Positions 18,759 through 24,582 of a stretch of 24,582 nucleotides of DNA are shown one piece after another. Origin of the DNA: a virus. Its lineage: Duplodnaviria; Caudoviricetes. The notes beneath the pieces were generated by a model. The model had not been told where the DNA came from, did no database searches, and saw nothing but the letters and a program-made list of their open reading frames with translations. Location of the stretch: positions 1 through 24,582 of IMG/VR virus record IMGVR_UViG_3300017766_000724, one strand, 5' to 3'. Position 1 is the stretch's first letter; each line of letters opens with the position of its first letter. A program made the position numbers and the translations under genes.

Positions 18759-19052
18759 ATGGATTCGACTGAAGCTGAACTAATAGATTTAATAGATTTA
18801 ATCGACTATACTTTAAGTGATAAATTTATCCAAAGCTGGAGATACAAGTATAGCGAAAAGTTCATTCGTCAATTCCAACTTAAACTATTATCTACCCTAA
18901 AAGATAATAAACCAATTAAGATTAAAACTCTTACTTATTTCTTAAGAAAGAATAATAAGTATTCTATAGAGCAAATAATTAACTTTTACAAGTCCATTAA
19001 TATCAGTTTATATAGTCCAATAATACAAGGAAATTTAAATGAGTCTTTTTGA
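18759..19052 (+). CDS. hypothetical basic protein (97 aa)
   Basis: ATG-initiated ORF filling the gap between minus-strand genes and followed by a terminator-like hairpin. No family recognised. Confidence 0.65.
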   Translation: MDSTEAELIDLIDLIDYTLSDKFIQSWRYKYSEKFIRQFQLKLLSTLKDNKPIKIKTLTYFLRKNNKYSIEQIINFYKSINISLYSPIIQGNLNESF

Positions 19053-19100
19053 CAATGACTGGATGGATTTAGACCTTAAGATGCGATATCTAAACTCTAC

Positions 19101-19124
19101 ACAACCTACTTTAGGTTGTTTTTT
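19101..19124 (+). terminator. intrinsic terminator-like hairpin
   Basis: ACAACCTA-ctt-TAGGTTGT (8-bp perfect stem, 19101-19119) followed by TTTTT. It is 48 nt after the 97-aa gene stop and overlaps the stop codon of the convergent nuclease gene. Confidence 0.6.
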
Positions 19125-19938
19125 GTATTTCTGCTTTATCGTCGCCTTTGGACTTTTGATTATTAACAGTATCTTTAGTTGATTCTTTATGTTCTCGAAT
19201 TAACTTGGTAATAGTATTCTGGTCCGTGAATAACGGGCAGAGATACTTAAATCCACACCAATCGCAAAACCGATTTCTAATAGGCTGGAAATCGGTTTTA
19301 CTTTTTTTTCTGATTGTCCATACCTCATTCTTGATATCCTGAATAAACTTGGATACCTGAGGATATTGGAATGTAACATAGACAAAGTTACCTGTTATTG
19401 GGTAAAAGTGACCACAGGTTATCTTGTTTATAGGTACATTCCAATTCTTACTGATAGTTACAGCATAGCCTATTAGCTGCTTATCAGTAAATAAATCTAG
19501 CTTGGTCTTTTCTCTTTTGCTAGTCTTGTAGTCTACAATCATTATAGACCCATCTTCTGCCTTTAAAACTCGGTCTATAATTCCTATATAAGCAAAATCA
19601 TCAATCTTTAACTCTTCATTTAGTTCTGTGCCAACAGTCTGAGCTTTAGATATCTTAGAATTAAAGTCAAAGAAGTTTTTTAGGCATTTTGGTATGAGCT
19701 TATTATAATCTTCATCATACTTATAGTTTACTTTTACCTCTTCTGCTATCTTACTCAGATCTTGTAGAGAAGAGCAGTTTAGTCCTAACTCAAAGACCTT
19801 GTGCATATAACTACCAAAGGCCATAGCCGTATCACTACGCTGCTCTGGCATCTTCTCATGGTATCTAACGTAATACTTATAAGGGCATTCACGATAGTTG
19901 TCTAGCTTACTGTTGCTTGCCTGTACGATGTATACCAT
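19111..19938 (-). CDS. PD-(D/E)XK exonuclease, RecB/AddB/Cas4-like, with four-cysteine Fe-S staple (275 aa)
   Basis: S.SKL..Y.ECP.KY, GSYMHKVFE, GIIDRV, IVDYKTS, QL.GYA and C-terminal CDWCGFKYLCP. Confidence 0.9.
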   Translation of the reverse strand: MVYIVQASNSKLDNYRECPYKYYVRYHEKMPEQRSDTAMAFGSYMHKVFELGLNCSSLQDLSKIAEEVKVNYKYDEDYNKLIPKCLKNFFDFNSKISKAQTVGTELNEELKIDDFAYIGIIDRVLKAEDGSIMIVDYKTSKREKTKLDLFTDKQLIGYAVTISKNWNVPINKITCGHFYPITGNFVYVTFQYPQVSKFIQDIKNEVWTIRKKSKTDFQPIRNRFCDWCGFKYLCPLFTDQNTITKLIREHKESTKDTVNNQKSKGDDKAEIQKTT

Positions 19939-19973
19939 GCCTATTTTTATTCCTTGCTACATATAATTATAGT
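19939..19973. promoter_or_regulatory. 35-bp divergent promoter region with palindromic double -10 box
   Basis: Perfect palindrome TATAATTATA at 19962-19971 gives TATAAT on both strands. AAGGA lies on the minus strand 12 nt before the nuclease ATG. Confidence 0.5.
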
Positions 19974-20972
19974 ATGAACGACTTAAACTTAGTAGACTTC
20001 TTAGAACCTTATCTCACATCTAAGTTTAGTGACTTCAAGATATCTGGGCAGAATATGATGACCAATTGCATATTTTGCAACGACTATAAGAAAAAGCTTG
20101 GGGTACATTTAAATTCTGGTCAGTATCATTGTTTTATCTGCGAAGCCAAGGGTGAGTTTGTATCTTTATATGCAAAGCTTGAGAATATGTCTGTATTCCA
20201 AGCACAGATACATCTGAATTACAAAACCTTCCTTGCAGAACCTAAGCCAAAACAATCAACAAAGACTGTAGTATCCGTATCATCACTTGAAGATGAGATT
20301 AACACCTTTGATCCTCTGAATCTAGAATCTCATGATTCAGATTGTACTTTAACTCAAAAAGCATGGTGTTATCTTTATTCTCGGAAGCTATTCGATCTAC
20401 AGAATCTAGAAAATAATAGCTTTTATATATGTAAAGAGGGTCGATTTTCAAATCGTCTGATCTTACCGTATATTTACAAACAACACATTTTGTATTTTCA
20501 GGGTAGATCTCTAATCGAAGGGTTAAAACCAAAGTATCTAAATCTTGATGCTTCCTACGGAGTTCGTTCCGCAGATATTCTTTATCCCTTTCTACTATCA
20601 AGTAGGGAAATCGTAGTCTGCGAGGGGCCAATCGACGCTCGTTCATTGCAACTCCAAGGGGTTAACGCTACTTGTACTACAGGGTGCTCGATGTCGAACA
20701 ACCAAATAGAGATACTTAAGAACTGGGGTGGCAAAATCATTATTGGTTATGATAATGACTCTGCTGGTTTAAGAGGTATAGAGGAAGTAGATAAGTTAAG
20801 AAAAAGAAAGAACATGAGTCCCATTCACTTCTGTCATCCACCAAGTGGATTCAAGGATTGGAATGAGGCTCATGTCGCAAATGTAGATTTAAAAAGTTGG
20901 GTTAGAGAAACCACAAAAGAGTATCGTTTCGAGAACATAATTCTCGAAAAGTTAAGTCAGTTGGAAATGTAA
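19974..20972 (+). CDS. DNA primase (Zn-ribbon plus TOPRIM; DnaG / T4 gp61-like, 332 aa)
   Basis: CIFC...CFIC zinc ribbon, RLILP, YFQGR, KYLN, VVCEGPIDA, YDND.AG and KDWNE. I moved the start from TTG 19917 (which overlaps the divergent nuclease gene) to ATG 19974. Confidence 0.92.
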   Translation: MNDLNLVDFLEPYLTSKFSDFKISGQNMMTNCIFCNDYKKKLGVHLNSGQYHCFICEAKGEFVSLYAKLENMSVFQAQIHLNYKTFLAEPKPKQSTKTVVSVSSLEDEINTFDPLNLESHDSDCTLTQKAWCYLYSRKLFDLQNLENNSFYICKEGRFSNRLILPYIYKQHILYFQGRSLIEGLKPKYLNLDASYGVRSADILYPFLLSSREIVVCEGPIDARSLQLQGVNATCTTGCSMSNNQIEILKNWGGKIIIGYDNDSAGLRGIEEVDKLRKRKNMSPIHFCHPPSGFKDWNEAHVANVDLKSWVRETTKEYRFENIILEKLSQLEM

Positions 20973-21881
20973 CAAGTCACTAACAAAGGTTTGATTTAAT
21001 ACGTCAAACTTGGCTTGTAGTGCATATGTTCCTACGATAGTCCCCATGTTGCCAGCCAAGGCTTCTGGGTGAGTTGCTAGCGCAGTTGTATCAAAGTTTA
21101 ATACTAGGGTATTCTCACTTGTTACATCAATAACAGAGCTTGTCTGGGCGTAGGAAGATACTGTTACCTGCGCGGGCAAGTTTGTCATGTTATCATTGAT
21201 CTTTATGATCTTGAATTGTGGATTCTGTATTATGCTATCCTTAAAGATATTCTTTATTTCTTGAGATATATCTTTGTTAGCCACAGTCATATCAGTAGTA
21301 ACCTTAAGATCAATCTTGGATCCAAATCTTACATATTTTGGATGTAATTGATTTTTGACTGTTAGTAATAAAGGTTCGGATAGCGTGTAGAAGGTATCAT
21401 TGTAAAGTTTGAACTTCTGAATTATAGTTTGCCAAGATCCAGACTGGAATAACTTGGTTGTCCAAACTGCAATGTAATCTCCTATTGCACTAGCTGTATT
21501 GGCAATAGCAGATCCTTCATACACTCCTGAAAGAGAAACTCCACCATCTAGAACTACAGCATACTGACCTGTACCTATTTTAAATATACCGCTGGCTGTG
21601 CTGCCCGGAGTATAGTTAGAAGCGTTAAATGCAGCATTAGCTGTAACCACAGAAGAATTAGCGAAATTCATTCTAGGGGTTAATCCAGACGTAAGTAAGT
21701 TATCTGAATTTAATACAGTATCGGGATAGCTATTAGTGGATAAATCGAATACTGTTACAGCCGAAATAGCATAAGGATCAGTGTAGACCCCGCCATTTAA
21801 GAAATAGGCTCTAATACCGACCTTTTGTAATACCGAAGGTCTATTGTTAAAATCTACTATAGAAGTACCATTGATCTGCAT
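20952..21881 (-). CDS. hypothetical, probably beta-rich virion structural protein (309 aa)
   Basis: Thr/Ser/Val/Asn-rich ORF on the structural strand. I moved the start to ATG 21881 (MQINGT...), 1 nt after the stop of the hidden upstream ORF. It overlaps the primase gene convergently by 21 bp. Confidence 0.6.
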   Translation of the reverse strand: MQINGTSIVDFNNRPSVLQKVGIRAYFLNGGVYTDPYAISAVTVFDLSTNSYPDTVLNSDNLLTSGLTPRMNFANSSVVTANAAFNASNYTPGSTASGIFKIGTGQYAVVLDGGVSLSGVYEGSAIANTASAIGDYIAVWTTKLFQSGSWQTIIQKFKLYNDTFYTLSEPLLLTVKNQLHPKYVRFGSKIDLKVTTDMTVANKDISQEIKNIFKDSIIQNPQFKIIKINDNMTNLPAQVTVSSYAQTSSVIDVTSENTLVLNFDTTALATHPEALAGNMGTIVGTYALQAKFDVLNQTFVSDLLHFQLT

Positions 21882-21882
21882 C

Positions 21883-22065
21883 TTATTTCTTTGTTTGCTC
21901 CAGTCTTCGTTTCCATTCTTCCTGATATATATCCAAAAGTAAATTAATCTCAATTCTGGTGAGATTTTTTACTTCGGATATACTAGATATCCCTATCTTA
22001 TTTATCAGTATGTAGGCTTCTTCATATAATTCTTTTAATGTCAAATTTTTAATTAATTGACTGAA
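21883..22065 (-). CDS. -1 frame extension of the tail assembly chaperone (60 codons; gpT / short gp51-like)
   Basis: Translated by hand: FSQLIKNLTLKELYEEAYILINKIGISSISEVKNLTRIEINLLLDIYQEEWKRRLEQTKK*. It has no ATG (only TTG at 22044), begins inside the T8 run and fills the gap to the next gene exactly. Confidence 0.72.
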   Translation of the reverse strand, partial: FSQLIKNLTLKELYEEAYILINKIGISSISEVKNLTRIEINLLLDIYQEEWKRRLEQTKK

Positions 22066-22778
22066 AAAAAATCGGCACCTATGGTCATTGTTACAGTGCT
22101 AATCTTTTGGCAAGCCTCGTTACAGCAGCTATACTCTGCTTCTGTTCCTACACCATAATCTGTTAAGGATATGTTAGCTAAAAGGGTCTTCATGTCCTTT
22201 AATGGGAATCTAGGGTCATTTAACAACTCTGCAATCTGAGCCTTATCCTCACAATCACCTACGGATTCTACAAATCTCCATACATTGTTAGCGTTTGTTA
22301 TAAATCCCTTATCGTCTGCTCTTCTAGGGAATCTAACCTTAGCTTTAACATTAGTAACAGGTAAATGAACCTCTCTAGGATCCTTAATATTATCTTCTAC
22401 AGCTTTAATCGGTAGAATACTCATTTTAAAATCTAGGACATTATCTGTGTCACAATGAGGACATTCTGTAGTTACCTTATAATCGTCACCGTAAGAAACT
22501 TCTCTAATTTTAAAGAGAATTGCTAATATATCCATTGAAAGAAGTTCATCTGATTCTACACCTTGTACACAATTTTCTAAAATATAATCAATAGGTGTAA
22601 AGTTAGAATCATTAGATCTTTGAACTAAATTACTCTCATCCTTGAAAGTCATAGCTCTAACTTTAACTCCTACAGCAGGATTAAAGCTCTTGTAGAACTT
22701 GCCCTTAGAAGGTAAATTAACAGGAAATGCCATGTCCTTAGGGATATTTCCTAGAAGTTTATCAACCAACTTTTCCAT
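22053..22778 (-). CDS. baseplate hub / tail assembly chaperone (gp26-like, 241 aa)
   Basis: VNLPSKGKFY, VRAMTFKDE, DILAILFKIREVSYGDDY, CPHC, VHLP, C-terminal CCNEAC and terminal ADFF. GGAG SD 7 nt upstream. Confidence 0.78.
   Translation of the reverse strand: MEKLVDKLLGNIPKDMAFPVNLPSKGKFYKSFNPAVGVKVRAMTFKDESNLVQRSNDSNFTPIDYILENCVQGVESDELLSMDILAILFKIREVSYGDDYKVTTECPHCDTDNVLDFKMSILPIKAVEDNIKDPREVHLPVTNVKAKVRFPRRADDKGFITNANNVWRFVESVGDCEDKAQIAELLNDPRFPLKDMKTLLANISLTDYGVGTEAEYSCCNEACQKISTVTMTIGADFFSVN
22064..22071 (-). promoter_or_regulatory. candidate slippery sequence (GA)T TTT TTT T(CA)
   Basis: Eight T on the coding strand, in X XXY YYZ register, three sense codons before the stop. Confidence 0.65.
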
Positions 22779-22945
22779 ATTTTAACTCCGTTTTAACTTT
22801 TTTTAAGTTTTTTCCAGATTTCATTTAATTTTCCTATAATATATAGGATTGATTTTAAACTGGTTAATGTACTAGAGTAACTAACTAAGCATACATAAAC
22901 CATACATAACTATAATACTGATTCATGGTTATAAATGGTTAAATT
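22779..22945. promoter_or_regulatory. 167-bp AT-rich divergent control region
   Basis: Inverted repeat TCCTATA-ata-TATAGGA (22832-22848), TATAAT at 22835-22840 and 22911-22916, CATACATAA x2 (22890, 22901) and ATGGTTA x2 (22925, 22935). Confidence 0.5.
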
Positions 22946-24331
22946 ATGTTGATTAAATGTGATGTATTAAAATCCCAAATATTTACCGATAATCCTAAGT
23001 TACTTAAGTCGCTTTGTGATCTTTACGCTTTTCCTGTAGAAGGTGCTGCATATTCTCCTCAGTACAAAAGAAGAGTTTGGGATGGTAAAAAGCACTTCAT
23101 AACTAATATAGGTGTTTTTCCAACAGGACTTCTTTCTAGATTATTAGAAGATCTAAAAAGAATAAACATCAAACCAGAAATAGAATACATCACTAATTCT
23201 TACACTTTACCAGAAGAAAAAATACAGTTACAGAACTGGGTTTTTAGAGAACATCAAGAAGACCTAATCAAGAAGGCTCTAGAATCAAAAAGAGCTATAC
23301 TCAAAGCTCCTACTGGATTTGGAAAAACAAGTGTAATTGCTTATCTTATCGACAGATTTAAAGATAAGAATGTTTTAGTTCTTTTTAATAGAACTCAATT
23401 AATTACACAAACATACGACTTCCTCACTAAAACCATAAAAGTCCCATACAAGGTTGGTTTAGCGTTTGGTGGAGTAGATGAAGGAAGTAATATAACTCTA
23501 GCATCAGTTCATAGTTTAGAAAAAGTGCTTGGAACACCTGCTGAACATCCTGATATACTAATTGTAGATGAAGTTCATGAATTTAGTACAGGAAAATTTA
23601 CAAGTCAGGTAATAAATGCTTTTCCTACTGCACAGTATAGATTTGGATTAACTGCAACAGTACCATCTGATAGAGTAAAGCTATTCACCTTAGAGGGGGC
23701 TTTTGGTCCTATAGTATCTTCGATAGGAACTCAAGAATTAATAGAAGAAGGATACTTAGCCAAACCAATAATTCAAATAATTCCAGTAAGCTGTAGTGCT
23801 GCTCCTAATGACGCTACTTATCTGGATTGGTACAAGGATTATATTGTAGAAAGTGATTACAGAAATAATCTAATCAAAATGGTTGTTGATGCTGCGTTAA
23901 AGAAACCTAATACTAAAATAGCAATCATTACAAACAGCCTAGAACACGCCGAGAAGCTAAATGAGCTTCTACCCCTGTCAATCAAGTTGGAGGGCAAGAA
24001 CTCCATCTCAGAGAGAAAGGGAGCCATCCAAGAGTTTGTGCAAGGCAAATACCGAGTTCTTATAGGTACTACAATTCTACAAACAGGTATTGACATTAAA
24101 GAAATAACTCATTTGATCAATGCTAGAGGTTTAAAGTCTGAAACTCCAACAATTCAAGCTTTAGGAAGAGCGTTGAGAGTAGATAAAGATCCTGTAGTAT
24201 ATGTTTATGATTTCTTAGATGAAGATGGTTGGTTATTAGAAAAACACTCAAGATCAAGAATAAAAGCTTACAAGAAAGAAGGGCATTTAGTGACCATAAT
24301 GCCAAAAATATCAAATGGAAAAAACAAATAA
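22946..24331 (+). CDS. uvsW: superfamily 2 DNA helicase, UvsW-like (461 aa)
   Basis: YSPQYKRRVWDGKKHF N-terminal motif, Walker A APTGFGKT, DEVH, GLTAT, TGIDI, QALGRALR and HSRSRIKAY. Confidence 0.88.
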   Translation: MLIKCDVLKSQIFTDNPKLLKSLCDLYAFPVEGAAYSPQYKRRVWDGKKHFITNIGVFPTGLLSRLLEDLKRINIKPEIEYITNSYTLPEEKIQLQNWVFREHQEDLIKKALESKRAILKAPTGFGKTSVIAYLIDRFKDKNVLVLFNRTQLITQTYDFLTKTIKVPYKVGLAFGGVDEGSNITLASVHSLEKVLGTPAEHPDILIVDEVHEFSTGKFTSQVINAFPTAQYRFGLTATVPSDRVKLFTLEGAFGPIVSSIGTQELIEEGYLAKPIIQIIPVSCSAAPNDATYLDWYKDYIVESDYRNNLIKMVVDAALKKPNTKIAIITNSLEHAEKLNELLPLSIKLEGKNSISERKGAIQEFVQGKYRVLIGTTILQTGIDIKEITHLINARGLKSETPTIQALGRALRVDKDPVVYVYDFLDEDGWLLEKHSRSRIKAYKKEGHLVTIMPKISNGKNK

Positions 24332-24545
24332 ATTACAACAGTTTATAGAAAATCAGTTAGGTGATTTACACTCTACAGATAAAGAAAGTTTACAAGAAAT
24401 ATTAAACTACATTTCTGTAATTATAAATCAAAAATCTATAAATGAAGAAACTTTGATGGTATTAAAAAATGCGGAGGACTCTATTCGAATCCTCCGCGAC
24501 AAACTTGTAAACCGTTATATTAATTTACTTAAGACTACAAAGTGA
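24315..24545 (+). CDS. hypothetical helical protein (76 aa)
   Basis: ATG ORF overlapping the helicase end by 17 bp on the same strand. No family recognised. Confidence 0.6.
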   Translation: MEKTNKLQQFIENQLGDLHSTDKESLQEILNYISVIINQKSINEETLMVLKNAEDSIRILRDKLVNRYINLLKTTK

Positions 24546-24582
24546 ACCCTTGAGCTACTGGAACCTTCTTCCATACTCTATA
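24535..24582 (-). CDS. possible C-terminal end of a convergent gene entering from the right edge
   Basis: Open minus frame YRVWKKVPVAQGFTL* ending in TAG at 24537-24535. Only 15 codons are visible. Confidence 0.3.
   Translation of the reverse strand, partial: YRVWKKVPVAQGFTL

Noticed and set aside
19200-19385. 61-aa alternative-frame ORF and an A8 run within the nuclease gene as a possible frameshift
   Set aside because: A -1 shift hits TAA at once. A shift into the 61-aa frame would remove the three C-terminal Fe-S cysteines.
19111-19938. CRISPR-Cas locus suggested by the Cas4-like nuclease
   Set aside because: No repeat-spacer array or other cas genes were seen. No tRNA, intron, intein or long repeat was noticed by eye either.
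19917-19973. Track start of the primase at TTG 19917
   Set aside because: It overlaps the divergent nuclease start and runs through the promoter palindrome. ATG 19974 fits better.
21882-21953. Track's 24-aa N-terminal extension of the 333-aa ORF
   Set aside because: It overlaps the -1 frame chaperone extension. ATG 21881 directly follows that ORF's stop.
22040-22061. GTCAA...TTGAC hairpin as a frameshift stimulator
   Set aside because: The 5-bp core is weak and begins only 2 nt after the T run, closer than typical stimulators.
20299-24314. Minus-strand ORFs at 20299-20646, 23857-24096 and 24123-24314
   Set aside because: Antisense shadows of the primase and helicase genes.
1-24582. Stop-codon reassignment
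   Set aside because: The standard code gives near-complete coding density, and TAA, TAG and TGA all end genes at tight junctions.

Overview
AT-rich, gene-dense fragment of a large contractile-tailed (myovirus-type) phage genome, read in the standard genetic code. A tightly packed minus-strand operon of 12 genes (18738 to beyond the left edge) encodes a baseplate module. In order these are a gp2-like protein, tape measure, tube initiator, gp53/LysM, hub, gp5-like spike, a LamG-domain protein, gp25, gp6/J wedge, a giant gpI/gp7-like wedge and two paralogous fibre-anchor-like proteins. The right part interleaves DNA-metabolism genes (Fe-S PD-(D/E)XK nuclease, primase, UvsW-like helicase) with a tail-assembly-chaperone-like gene. 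Reading the sequence by hand added three things absent from the ORF track. First, a 598+ codon gene at <1..1796 fuses a fibre-anchor-like domain to an alpha/beta-hydrolase (GFSMG). Second, a -1 frame extension lies behind a T8 run at the end of the chaperone gene and is a candidate programmed frameshift. Third, a CTANATATWAT motif is shared by all three divergent intergenic regions. All product calls come from motif recognition and gene order, not from database searches.
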